A stretch of DNA of 64,000 nucleotides, taken from assembly GCA_001189215.1 (NCBI GenBank), contig LFCR01000004.1, positions 249,635-313,634 of the forward strand. Reading direction: 5' to 3'. Positions 1-9,057 of this stretch are shown here, in pieces. Source of the DNA: Parcubacteria bacterium C7867-008 (lineage in GTDB: Bacteria; Patescibacteriota; Minisyncoccia; Phycocordibacterales; Phycocordibacteraceae). Made by a program: the position numbers and the translations under genes. The notes below the pieces were generated by a model, which was not told the DNA's origin, ran no database searches, and saw nothing but the letters and a program-made list of their open reading frames with translations. Every line of letters starts with the position of its first letter. The first letter of the stretch is position 1.

Positions 1-4
1 CTTT

Positions 5-340
5 ATGCGCGATGGTATGCAAATAGGTGATCCAGTTCTCTTCTATCACTCTAGCTGCCCTGTTCCTGGGGTATACGGTATAGCGAAGGTTGTCTCTAAG
101 GCATATGCAGATCCTACGCAGTTTGATTCTTCAAGTTCGTACTACGATCCCAAAGCAACCAAGGGGAAACCAATTTGGTATCTGGTGGATATTGGATTTG
201 TTGAAAAAATACATGAACCAATTACATTGGAAGCACTTAAGAAAGATAAGAGACTCACGAAGATGGCGTTGCTACAAAGAGGCAATAGATTGTCTGTAAT
301 GAGTGTTGAAGAAAGTGAATTTAAGATCATGTGCAGTTAG
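5..340 (+). CDS. EVE (PUA-like) domain protein, 5' end probably outside window
   Basis: Translation GDPVLFYHSS...VPGVYGIAKVV...YADPTQFD...PIWYLVDIGF matches the EVE/thymocyte-nuclear-protein-like fold pattern; the ORF begins at the window edge. Confidence 0.6.
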   Translation: MRDGMQIGDPVLFYHSSCPVPGVYGIAKVVSKAYADPTQFDSSSSYYDPKATKGKPIWYLVDIGFVEKIHEPITLEALKKDKRLTKMALLQRGNRLSVMSVEESEFKIMCS

Positions 341-410
341 AGTCCGCACGCTTGCTGCTTGTATAAATCTAACTTCGTCATACCATATTAGGTGCATAAT
401 CACTCTACAC

Positions 411-1202
411 ATGAAACTCTCCACCCTGTGCGCTTTTGGACTAGGAATGTTTCCTTTTCTACTAGTACCCTCCGCAGCATTAGCACATCCTGGTAACACA
501 GACTCTGCAGGTGGCCACACATGCAGGACTAACTGTGCTAATTGGGGCCTGTCCACCGGAGAATATCACTACCACAATTCAAAGGGTCCAGCGCAATCGA
601 GTTACCCGATCCGTAGTACCTACGGTGCAAACGGAACTGGGTATACACAACCGTGGCCAGCATATGCAGAGTCTTCCTATTATTCTGCTCCTTCTTGCCC
701 AGCAAATTCATACTCAAATGGGGCATCATGCACCTGTAATTATGGATATGTAGTTAAAGGAAGCAGTTGTGTATCTGCTGCATTAGCCTGCACCTCTCAG
801 TTAGGTTTAATGTCGAGATATAACTCACTTAGCAGTAGTTGTGAGTGTATGACTGGGTATGAAATTGGTGCTTCAGGTTTGTGCACCTATAAATCTCCCT
901 ATAGCTCATATTCATCCCCTTCTAGCTACTATGGAAGCAGCGCTCTGAGCTGCCCTGCTCACTCCAGTGAGTCACTCACAAATTCGGATAAGTGTACGTG
1001 TGACTCAGGATATCAAGTAAACAAAAAGAAGAATACGTGTGAGAAGATACCTAGCAAAAATAATGATCAAATTTGTAGAGATAGTTTCGGTTCTAAGAGT
1101 AAGTGGAACGGAAAGTTAGAAGATGGCTCCCCCGTTTGTATTTGTAAGGCTAAGTACGAATGGAATGATAAAGCTGATTCCTGCATAAAGAGCAGGAAAT
1201 AG
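411..1202 (+). CDS. Secreted cysteine-rich protein with EGF-like CxCxxGY repeats (ORF opens at 303; Met at 411 starts the signal peptide)
   Basis: MKLSTLCAFGLGMFPFLLVPSAALA signal-like N-terminus. Repeated modules include CTCNYGYVVKGSSC, CECMTGYEIGASGLC, CTCDSGYQVNKKKNTC and CICKAKYEWNDKADSC. A YHYH motif lies near the N-terminus. Confidence 0.6.
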   Translation: MKLSTLCAFGLGMFPFLLVPSAALAHPGNTDSAGGHTCRTNCANWGLSTGEYHYHNSKGPAQSSYPIRSTYGANGTGYTQPWPAYAESSYYSAPSCPANSYSNGASCTCNYGYVVKGSSCVSAALACTSQLGLMSRYNSLSSSCECMTGYEIGASGLCTYKSPYSSYSSPSSYYGSSALSCPAHSSESLTNSDKCTCDSGYQVNKKKNTCEKIPSKNNDQICRDSFGSKSKWNGKLEDGSPVCICKAKYEWNDKADSCIKSRK

Positions 1203-1218
1203 TCTTGACCTGTTATTA

Positions 1219-1252
1219 AAAACAAAGCCCGCTTACGCGGGCTTTGTTTTTA
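1219..1252. terminator. Bidirectional rho-independent terminator between convergent genes
   Basis: aaaaacaaagcccgcttacgcgggctttgtttttaa: GC stem flanked by A-run and T-run, placed right after the stop codons of both flanking genes. Confidence 0.8.
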
Positions 1253-2560
1253 ATAACTCTTCAAACGGCGACTCTTCTCATGAGTCCTGATCTTCTCAAG
1301 TGCCTTTGCTTCAATCTGACGGATACGCTCACGAGTCACACCGAACTCCTTACCCACCTCTTCAAGAGTATGATACACACCGTCAAGAAGACCGTGGCGC
1401 ATTTCAAGAATCTTACGCTCCTTTGGTGAGAGGTCATCGAGGATGTCGCGGACCTGCTCGGTTAGGATACGCTCAGATGATTCCTGTACTGGGGATGGGA
1501 TCTTATCGTCTGCAATGAAGTCTCCAAGCGTAGACTGATCATCACCATCAGAGCCAACAGGGTTCTCAAGAGAAAGCGTGTCTTGATTGATCTTCTCAAT
1601 CTGATAGATCTTATCTACCTCTACACCCATTTCAATAGCGATCTCCTCTGGCTGAGGGTCACGGCCAAGTGCCTGCGCAAGACGGCGTGATACCTGCTTG
1701 TACTTAGCAATGGTCTCCACCATGTGCACAGGAATACGAATAGTGCGAGACTGGTCTGCTAGTGCACGAGTGATTGCCTGACGAATCCACCAGGTTGCAT
1801 AGGTTGAGAACTTGTATCCCTTCTTCCAATCGAACTTGTCTACAGCCTTGAAGAGACCAAGGTTACCTTCCTGAATAAGGTCTAGCAGTGTGAGGTCAGG
1901 TGAACGGCCAACGTACTTCTTTGCGATAGACACAACGAGACGAAGGTTGGAACGAGCAAGAATGTTACGTGCTTCTGCATCACCTGCATCAATGCGCTTA
2001 GCGAGCTCCTTTTCTTCAGCACCGGTAAGGAGTGGGTACTGACCAATCTCACGAAGGTAAATCTGGATGGAATCGTACCCGGTTGATTCACGACCTTTAA
2101 TGTTACGGGTTGCAAGATACTCGTCTGCGTTGTCTTCGAGCATGCCACCCTCGAGAATATCGATACCCGCAGTGGTGAAGCGTTCATAGAGATCATCAAG
2201 GAAGGATACGTCCTCTTCTACGTGTGGGAACTCTTTAAGGATTTCACTGTATGTGATGTATCCACGCTCCTTACCTTTCGCGATAAGACGAGCAGCCTTG
2301 TCCTGATTTGCAGCGGCTGCTTTTGCTTTAACACCGGATACCGCAGCACGCACTACACCCGCAGCACGTACATTCTTAGCAACCTTCTTAGGTGCTACCT
2401 TCTTTACTACTTTCTTTGGTGCAGCCTTTTTAACCACCTTCTTTACAGGCTTTGCAGCTTTCTTAACCACCTTCTTAGGAGCAGCTTTCTTTACAACTTT
2501 TTTGGGTGTCGGCTTCTTTGAAGCTACCTTCTTCTTTGCAGTAGGCATAGGGAAAATCAA
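1250..2560 (-). CDS. rpoD: RNA polymerase sigma-70 factor RpoD with Lys/Ala/Pro-rich N-terminal repeat tail
   Basis: Regions 2-4 are recognisable ([13 protein letters not shown]; [18 protein letters not shown]; C-terminal [23 protein letters not shown]). The N-terminus carries [22 protein letters not shown] repeats. Confidence 0.9.
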   Translation of the reverse strand: MIFPMPTAKKKVASKKPTPKKVVKKAAPKKVVKKAAKPVKKVVKKAAPKKVVKKVAPKKVAKNVRAAGVVRAAVSGVKAKAAAANQDKAARLIAKGKERGYITYSEILKEFPHVEEDVSFLDDLYERFTTAGIDILEGGMLEDNADEYLATRNIKGRESTGYDSIQIYLREIGQYPLLTGAEEKELAKRIDAGDAEARNILARSNLRLVVSIAKKYVGRSPDLTLLDLIQEGNLGLFKAVDKFDWKKGYKFSTYATWWIRQAITRALADQSRTIRIPVHMVETIAKYKQVSRRLAQALGRDPQPEEIAIEMGVEVDKIYQIEKINQDTLSLENPVGSDGDDQSTLGDFIADDKIPSPVQESSERILTEQVRDILDDLSPKERKILEMRHGLLDGVYHTLEEVGKEFGVTRERIRQIEAKALEKIRTHEKSRRLKSY

Positions 2561-2589
2561 TTAGGGGAATAATTCAGAGAATATAAAAA

Positions 2590-4296
2590 CTACCGAGCAG
2601 AATTCAAAGCAGCGAGCTGTGCGCTAAGGGCACGAAAAGTATGCATCGCTTCGGTTATGGATTCTTGATCGCCCTGTGCTTCAGCGGTACGGAGCTTTTT
2701 TGTAGCATCGTTAAGCTTTGCAGAAAGGACGGTATATTCGAACATCTGGAGCAATTCATCACCCGCGTGCTGATCTGGCGTCTCCCCGTAGGTGAGTCCC
2801 GCCTCGAAAAGGGCTCGCTCGTCCACTGGTAAATCCAGCGAATCGTCAGCGCCTGTAATACGAGCATACTCGCTCTTCACACGATCTGCAAGAGCGGTAT
2901 TGGCATATGCCTGCATAACCGCTAACACCATGCCTCTTCGTACCTCAAGAACGGATGAAGAGATTGGACCAGCTGAAAAGGCACTTCCATAGGTCTCAGA
3001 CTTCTCTTCTGGAGAAACCTCTAATTTAGGAAGTGCACGACGGACAGCTTCTGGAGTTGAGTTCACTGCCCTGGCGATGATCTCAATGAAACGGTTCTGC
3101 TCAAGGGGACTTTTAACGGCAACCACCAGAGGAAGGACTATACCTTCAACGGCTCGCAACAGACGTGTCTCGTCTTTCTCTTGGCTTGAAAGCACGGCAA
3201 GGAAGAACTCAATAATACTCTTGGCGTCTTTAGCGAGTGCGGTGAACGCATGCGGGTCTTCACTCACAATATCTGCAGGATCCTTACCATCTGGCAATCG
3301 AATGGCTTTGACACGCATGCCAGAAAGAAGTGCAGCTCGTGCACTCTTGGCGCTTGCTGCTAAACCCGCTCGGTCTGAGTCTAGGCAGAGCATGAGGTTG
3401 TCTGCATAGCGCTTAATGAGTGAGAGGTGTTGGGTTGAGAGTGCGGTACCCGAAAGTGCGATTGTGTTGGTGAAGCCAGCTTGATGAAGGAGCACGAGAT
3501 CAAACTGCCCTTCTACAAGAATCGCAAACCCTCTCTGACGAATCGCATCTTTTGCACGATCCATGCCGAAGAGAACTTCAGACTTCTTAAAGAGGTCGGT
3601 CTCAGGTGAGTTAAGATACTTTGCTTGATCGTCAGGACTGAGTGCACGACCTGTGAAAGCAACGGTACGCCCTGCTGCATCCCGTATGGGAAACATGAGA
3701 CGGTTCCTGAAACGATCATAGAACGTACCACGTTTCTCATCTGCCTCTTTAATAAGGCCTGCTGTAGTGAGTTCAGGAAGAGTGAAACCTTCACTGGTGA
3801 GAGATTCTAGAAGACTGCGCCACCCATCAGGTGCGAATCCAAGGTTCCACTCAGCAATAGTTTCTTTTGTGAGACCGCGTTTCTGTGCGTAGGCGTATGC
3901 ATCAGTACCGTCACCGAGTGCTCGTGCGAAATATGCTTCTGCCTCGCCCATAGCCTCGCGTAATCGTTCTATACGATCCTTCGACACTTTACTCTCTATG
4001 CTTCCCTGATACACGATCTCTATACCTGCTTTCTCTGCGAGTATCTTCAATGCACCTTTGAAGTCCACACCTTCCATTGCCTGAATGAATGAAAATTGAT
4101 CACCACCCTGACTTGAGGAGAAACAGTAATACGAACCACGCTCTGGGTTTACGTAAAAGGATGGAGTCTTTTCTTTATTAAAAGGAGATAGCCCACGATA
4201 GTACTTCCCTGCTTTCGTGAGCTTCACATAGGGAGAAATAACCTCGATTATCGAAAGTTTATCTTTGACTTGCTGTACGGTATCTTGCCCAGCCAT
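2590..4296 (-). CDS. dnaG: DNA primase DnaG
   Basis: N-terminal primase zinc-finger region (KEKTPSFYVNPERGSYYCF), TOPRIM motifs (EGQFDLV, LDSDRAG), GGAG RBS before the ATG; 30 bp upstream of rpoD on the same strand. Confidence 0.88.
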   Translation of the reverse strand: MAGQDTVQQVKDKLSIIEVISPYVKLTKAGKYYRGLSPFNKEKTPSFYVNPERGSYYCFSSSQGGDQFSFIQAMEGVDFKGALKILAEKAGIEIVYQGSIESKVSKDRIERLREAMGEAEAYFARALGDGTDAYAYAQKRGLTKETIAEWNLGFAPDGWRSLLESLTSEGFTLPELTTAGLIKEADEKRGTFYDRFRNRLMFPIRDAAGRTVAFTGRALSPDDQAKYLNSPETDLFKKSEVLFGMDRAKDAIRQRGFAILVEGQFDLVLLHQAGFTNTIALSGTALSTQHLSLIKRYADNLMLCLDSDRAGLAASAKSARAALLSGMRVKAIRLPDGKDPADIVSEDPHAFTALAKDAKSIIEFFLAVLSSQEKDETRLLRAVEGIVLPLVVAVKSPLEQNRFIEIIARAVNSTPEAVRRALPKLEVSPEEKSETYGSAFSAGPISSSVLEVRRGMVLAVMQAYANTALADRVKSEYARITGADDSLDLPVDERALFEAGLTYGETPDQHAGDELLQMFEYTVLSAKLNDATKKLRTAEAQGDQESITEAMHTFRALSAQLAALNSAR

Positions 4297-4325
4297 TTAT
4301 CTCATTCTACTCCAGAACGTGGTGG

Positions 4326-4373
4326 GTGGAAAAAGTCGAACCCCGAGCGCGCAGATGAATCTGCGGCCGGGGC
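4326..4373 (-). terminator. Intrinsic terminator (minus strand) after small gene A, immediately before the dnaG RBS
   Basis: GC-rich hairpin (ccccgagcgcgcag/ctgcggccggggc) followed on the minus strand by TTCGACTTTTTCC. Confidence 0.6.
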
Positions 4374-4410
4374 TCTGTGCGCCTCCATTGCTGGAAGCTC
4401 TTCTGGGTTG

Positions 4411-4572
4411 TCAGGCGCCGTCGACCTGGTCGGTCCGGGCGGCGACGGGGGTGGTTGCCTTGCGCGCAGCGGTGGCGACGACGGCGGCCTGTGCCGAGGT
4501 GCTGGCGACGGTCATCGATTGACAGGAACCAGAGTCAAAGGTGCAGCGAAGCATAGGGATCTCCCATTGCAT
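4411..4572 (-). CDS. Small GC-rich ORF A (about 47-53 aa), paralogous to ORF B; start may be the internal ATG at 4554
   Basis: MQWEIPMLRCTFDSGSCQSMTVASTSAQAAVVATAARKATTPVAARTDQVDGA. GGGAGA lies 5 nt before the second ATG. It sits downstream of a sigma70-like promoter repeat and is followed by a terminator. Confidence 0.4.
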   Translation of the reverse strand: MQWEIPMLRCTFDSGSCQSMTVASTSAQAAVVATAARKATTPVAARTDQVDGA

Positions 4573-4592
4573 GGCGTAACGGTGCGTCACGT

Positions 4593-4641
4593 CCCACTCA
4601 CTATACGCCTGTTCATGAAGGGTGCAAGAAGTTATGCACAG
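4593..4641 (-). promoter_or_regulatory. 49-bp repeat copy 1: sigma70-like promoter on the minus strand (TTGCAC-N16-TATAGT)
   Basis: Exact duplicate of 4987..5035. On the minus strand it reads ttgcac-ccttcatgaacaggcg-tatagt. Confidence 0.6.
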
Positions 4642-4665
4642 CAATTACAAAATGAATTAACTCAC

Positions 4666-4705
4666 TAAGTATAAGAAAAGGCCCCCAGCGCGTTGCGCCG
4701 GGGAG
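4666..4705 (-). terminator. Intrinsic terminator (minus strand) after small gene B
   Basis: Minus strand ccccggcgcAACgcgctgggg stem-loop followed by gccTTTTCTTATAC. Two further small hairpins (ggtccATTAACggacc; gtctcGCAAgagac) precede it in the 3' UTR. Confidence 0.6.
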
Positions 4706-4749
4706 CCGTGGTGGTGTCTCTTGCGAGACGGAACGGTCCGTTAATGGAC

Positions 4750-4923
4750 CTACTGGGTGTCGACCTGGTGGGTCATCGCGCCGGCGCCGTGGTCCTGGTC
4801 CGAGCTCATGCGGCCGGCGATGTCGGGAGCGGTCTGGCCGGAGTCGGTCGACGGCGCCTGGATCTGGGTCACGAAGCGGTGGGCCTGGGCGAAGGTCGCC
4901 TGGGTGGTGAGACGAGGGGACAT
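4750..4923 (-). CDS. Small GC-rich ORF B (57 aa), paralogous to ORF A
   Basis: MSPRLTTQATFAQAHRFVTQIQAPSTDSGQTAPDIAGRMSSDQDHGAGAMTHQVDTQ. Strong RBS AAGAGG 6 nt before the ATG. It shares DSG and C-terminal QVD motifs with ORF A. Confidence 0.45.
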   Translation of the reverse strand: MSPRLTTQATFAQAHRFVTQIQAPSTDSGQTAPDIAGRMSSDQDHGAGAMTHQVDTQ

Positions 4924-4986
4924 GAAGTACCTCTTGTGTCTGCGGTTTCTGAAAACGGCCATATTCCAGTTATCTGGCGTCTGGCA

Positions 4987-5035
4987 CCCACTCACTATAC
5001 GCCTGTTCATGAAGGGTGCAAGAAGTTATGCACAG
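4987..5035 (-). promoter_or_regulatory. 49-bp repeat copy 2: sigma70-like promoter on the minus strand driving ORF B
   Basis: Identical to 4593..4641, with -35 TTGCAC and -10 TATAGT at 16-nt spacing on the minus strand. Confidence 0.6.
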
Positions 5036-5255
5036 TTACAGGAAAACGGCCTTTCGGCCGCTTTTCCTCACGCCCGACCATCAGATGAGTCATCCTTACA
5101 GTTAAATGAATCAGCATTGCTGGGCGGAAACAAAACTCTCGGGCACGAGTTGGCAAGGATATTTCCATTTTAATACTTTAACCAGCAACCTAACTATACT
5201 GATTCGAGATAGAAGAAATAGAATGTAGTTATAAAGTTTTACTGAAGAAAAAAGA

Positions 5256-5290
5256 AAAACCACCTGTTAAACAGGTGGTTTTTCTTTTAG
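5256..5290. terminator. Rho-independent terminator after rpoC
   Basis: aaaaaccacctgtttaacaggtggttttt perfect stem with A/T flanks. Confidence 0.8.
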
Positions 5291-5299
5291 AAGATTGGG

Positions 5300-8200
5300 T
5301 TATGCCTTGAAAGCAACGCCCGGTGCTTCTACCTCTTCTTCTGCGCGAGGCATACGTGCTGCACGAGCTGCCTGAAGATCGTCAATTGACGCGCGCTTCT
5401 TGCTACCCTTGAAGCCTGTACCTGCGGGGATAAGGCGTCCGAGAATCACGTTCTCCTTGAGACCGCGGAGTGTGTCGGTTGAACCCTTAAGCGCAGCATT
5501 GATGAGGATCTTGGTGGTCTGCTCGAATGATGCAGCAGAAAGGAATGAGCGACGTGAGAGTGCAGATTCCTTAATACCGAGCACCATTTCACGAGCTACC
5601 GGAGCAATTTTGCCCTGGTCCTCCATAGCCTTCACTTCCTGCTCCATCTCCCAGTGCTCAACGACGTCATTGATGGACCACTCTGAGTCACCGGTAACGG
5701 TAACCTTAGCGCGTGAGAACATCTGACGTACGACGACTTCGAGGTGCTTGCGAGAAACCGAAGCTCCCTGAAGTTCATAGATCTTCGAAGTCTCAGTGAT
5801 GATGTACTCCTGTACCGCTGCACGGCCTGCGTACTCGAAGAGTTCATCGAGATCTACGGAACCGTCCGTGAGGAGCTGTCCACGTGTTACCGCTTCCCCT
5901 TCCTTCACGAATGACTGACGAGGATATGGTGCAACGTATTCGATTGCGGTTCCATTCTTCTTACCCTGGCCAACCTCAGGCTGTACCACTATAACTTTGT
6001 CTCGTCCCTGATCACGGATCTCCGTTACCACACCGTCTGTCTTAGAAACGGTAGCTGGATTCTTAGGAGAACGCTTCTCAAAGAGTTCTTCAACACGAGG
6101 GAGACCCTGGGTGATGTCTCCACCAACAGAGGCGGTACCTCCAGCGTGGAAGGTACGCATCGTGAGCTGAGTTCCCGGCTCACCGATAGCCTGTGCAGCA
6201 ATCGTACCGACTGCTTCACCGAGGTCTACCATCACCTGTGTGGTGAGATCCATACCGTAACAAGCAGCACAGATACCATAGCGAGTCTCACAAGACATCG
6301 GAGATAGCACCTGAACGCTCTGAATAGAATCGTCAGCAGCTACAGCACGTGCATCATCTGCGGTTAGGTAGTGACGAGTCTTGAACGCACCTGCGGGTGC
6401 TGCAAGTACACGACCACGAGTGCTTTCTGCGAAGTCGATCTTGATACCTGAAGCGGATACGCGATTGATCGCAACACCACGCTTGGTACCACAATCGGTC
6501 TCCGTGATGATAGAGTCCTGCGCCACATCGAAGAGACGACGGGTGAGGTATCCGGCACGAGCGGTACCGAGTGCGGTGTCGGTAAGACCCTTACGTGCAC
6601 CGTGCGTACTCATGAAGTACTCAAGTGGGTTAAGACCTTCCGTCATAGAAGACACAATCGGCACTTCAATAGTCTCTCCAGCAGTGTTCTGGATAAGACC
6701 CTTCATACCTGCCATCTGGGTTAGGTTACCCATCGAACCGCGGGCTCCAGACGTCACCATGTCTGAGACAGAACCCATAGGGTCTAGTGCCTCACCCACG
6801 AGTGCCTCTACTTCCTGCTTAGTGCCGTGCCATACCTCGATGACCATACGACGCTTCTCATCCTCAGAGAGGAGACCGTCCTTGAAGTCTCCTTCAATCT
6901 TCGCGATCTTCTCACGAGCAGCGCTGATAACAGCAACCTTACCTGCAGGAACCTTCACGTCGTCCAGACTCCACGATACGCCAGACTTGGTCGCATACTC
7001 GAAGCCGAACTTCTTGATCTTGTTTACGATGCCTGGAATAGCATCGAGACCGTAGCGTACGATGCTGTCTGCCATGATGCTTGAGAGCACCTTCTTGGTG
7101 ATCGCATCATTAACATACGGATAATCACTTGGAAGGACCGTGTTGAAGAGGAGACGTCCTACGGTTGTCTCGAAAGTCTTTCCTTCGAACATCGCATACT
7201 TCACCTTCTCGGTTGTTGGAAGCACATGAACCTTAGCGCGTAGATCAATACCATCATACTCATACGCAAGGATCGCTGCGTTAGGGGATGCGAAGTACTC
7301 GCCTTCTCCCTTAGCACCAGGTACTTCCTTAGTGAGCCAGTACGTTCCAAGAACGATGTCGAGTGGCTTCTGCGTCATAACAATCATCTCACCAGAACCT
7401 GGCTTGAGGATGTTCTTGTTAGCAGACATGATGTTCGCTGCCTCCCACTGTGCCTCTTCTGAAAGGGGTACGTGGATAGCCATCTGGTCTCCGTCGAAGT
7501 CTGCGTTGAACGCCGGACACACGAGTGGGTGGAGCTGGATAGCATCACCTTCGATAAGACGAGGACGGAATGCCTGGATACCCTGACGGTGCAGTGTAGG
7601 AGCACGGTTCAAGAGAACGTGCTTACCCATAATTGCTTCTTCAAGGATCTCCCACACCTCTGGTACACCGTCTTCAATGAGACGACCGGCACCACGGATG
7701 TTGAAGGCGAGTTCTCGATCAAGGAGTCCTGCGATAACGAATGGACGGAAGAGCTCAAGTGCCATGTGCTTAGGAAGACCACACTCATCGAGTTCGAGGT
7801 CTGGACCCACCACAATCACCGAACGTCCTGAGTAGTCCACACGCTTACCAAGAAGGTTCTGGCGGAAGTATCCCTGCTTACCCTTTAGGTAGTCAGCAAG
7901 AGACTTAAGCGGACGGCGCTGTGCAGGAGTAAGAGCACCACCTGATGCACCACTCTTACGAATAGAGTTGTCTAGAAGAGCATCAACTGCTTCCTGAAGA
8001 ATACGCTTCTCGTTACGGAGAATAACTTCAGGTGCATGGATGTCGAGCAGCTTCTTAAGACGGTTGTTGCGGTTGATCACACGTCGGTAGAGGTCGTTAA
8101 CGTCAGACGTAGCGTGACGACCACCTTCGAGTGCCACCATCGGGCGAAGTGCTGGAGGAATAACAGGGATCTTGGTGAGGAACATCCATTCAGGACGTAC

Positions 8201-9034
8201 TTCAGCAGCGATCATGTTTGCAATAAGTGAGATACGCTTTGCAAGCTTCTCACGCTCTGCAGCACCAGCCTTCGTGTATCGCTCTTCAAGGGTGTCCTTA
8301 AGCTTTGGAAGGTCGAGGGTACGGAAGATATCGTAGATAGCTTCAGCACCGATCTTCGCCTCAAAGAGTGTTCCGTACTTCACGGAGTAGCGGTGGTAGG
8401 ACATTTCGTCGAATACCTTACCTACTACTACTGAGTCGATCTCAGCCTTTGCAGTACTCATGCGCTCCTTAAGAGCGTCACGTGCCGCATCAGTCTCAGA
8501 TGCCTTGTGCTTGGTCTTGTACTCGCTTTCAAGTTCGTTAAGAAGACGCTTCTTGGTCTCTTCGTTTACTTTCGTAACGATGTATCCCGCGAAGTAGATA
8601 ACCTTCTCAAGTTCTGCAGACGGTACACCGAGGAGCTGCGCCATGCGACTTGGCATGGAGCGAAGGAACCAGATGTGCGCTACGGGAGATACGAGCTCGA
8701 TGTGGCCCATGCGCTCACGGCGGACGATGCTGCGGGTTATTTCAACACCACACTTATCACAGATAATGCCCTTATAACGGATACCCTTGTACTTACCGCA
8801 GTAACATTCGTAGTCACGCTCAGGACCAAAGATCTTCTCATCGAAGAGTCCGTGCTTTTCTGAACGCTGCGTACGATAGTTAATGGTTTCTGGCTTGGTG
8901 ATCTCACCACGAGACCACTCAAGAATGCGCTCTGGAGATGCAATCGAGAGACGCAGTGCGTTCCAGTCGTTGCGACGCGGACCGCGTGGTGCGGAACCGT
9001 CGTTCTTCTTTCCCGGGAATGATGTAGGTGCCAT
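5300..9034 (-). CDS. rpoC: DNA-directed RNA polymerase beta' subunit
   Basis: 1244 aa. Zn-binding CYCGKYKGIRYKGIICDKCGVE, catalytic NADFDGDQMAIH, and trigger loop/bridge helix regions are recognisable. Confidence 0.97.
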   Translation of the reverse strand: MAPTSFPGKKNDGSAPRGPRRNDWNALRLSIASPERILEWSRGEITKPETINYRTQRSEKHGLFDEKIFGPERDYECYCGKYKGIRYKGIICDKCGVEITRSIVRRERMGHIELVSPVAHIWFLRSMPSRMAQLLGVPSAELEKVIYFAGYIVTKVNEETKKRLLNELESEYKTKHKASETDAARDALKERMSTAKAEIDSVVVGKVFDEMSYHRYSVKYGTLFEAKIGAEAIYDIFRTLDLPKLKDTLEERYTKAGAAEREKLAKRISLIANMIAAEVRPEWMFLTKIPVIPPALRPMVALEGGRHATSDVNDLYRRVINRNNRLKKLLDIHAPEVILRNEKRILQEAVDALLDNSIRKSGASGGALTPAQRRPLKSLADYLKGKQGYFRQNLLGKRVDYSGRSVIVVGPDLELDECGLPKHMALELFRPFVIAGLLDRELAFNIRGAGRLIEDGVPEVWEILEEAIMGKHVLLNRAPTLHRQGIQAFRPRLIEGDAIQLHPLVCPAFNADFDGDQMAIHVPLSEEAQWEAANIMSANKNILKPGSGEMIVMTQKPLDIVLGTYWLTKEVPGAKGEGEYFASPNAAILAYEYDGIDLRAKVHVLPTTEKVKYAMFEGKTFETTVGRLLFNTVLPSDYPYVNDAITKKVLSSIMADSIVRYGLDAIPGIVNKIKKFGFEYATKSGVSWSLDDVKVPAGKVAVISAAREKIAKIEGDFKDGLLSEDEKRRMVIEVWHGTKQEVEALVGEALDPMGSVSDMVTSGARGSMGNLTQMAGMKGLIQNTAGETIEVPIVSSMTEGLNPLEYFMSTHGARKGLTDTALGTARAGYLTRRLFDVAQDSIITETDCGTKRGVAINRVSASGIKIDFAESTRGRVLAAPAGAFKTRHYLTADDARAVAADDSIQSVQVLSPMSCETRYGICAACYGMDLTTQVMVDLGEAVGTIAAQAIGEPGTQLTMRTFHAGGTASVGGDITQGLPRVEELFEKRSPKNPATVSKTDGVVTEIRDQGRDKVIVVQPEVGQGKKNGTAIEYVAPYPRQSFVKEGEAVTRGQLLTDGSVDLDELFEYAGRAAVQEYIITETSKIYELQGASVSRKHLEVVVRQMFSRAKVTVTGDSEWSINDVVEHWEMEQEVKAMEDQGKIAPVAREMVLGIKESALSRRSFLSAASFEQTTKILINAALKGSTDTLRGLKENVILGRLIPAGTGFKGSKKRASIDDLQAARAARMPRAEEEVEAPGVAFKA

Positions 9035-9057
9035 AGAAGTGGAATTAGAAGATACGA

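Noticed and set aside
4300-4345. tmRNA 3' end (GGGGTTCGAC...CCACCCACCA-like string on the minus strand)
   Set aside because: The putative T-arm does not pair (CGGGG vs TTTTC). No upstream tmRNA 5' acceptor or tag reading frame is present. It is better explained as terminator U-tract plus the dnaG leader.
4270-5173. Plus-strand ORFs 4270-4668, 4693-5088, 4757-5173 in the GC-rich island
   Set aside because: Arg/Gly/Ala-rich translations typical of non-coding frames in GC-rich DNA. The promoter and terminator polarity indicates minus-strand transcription.
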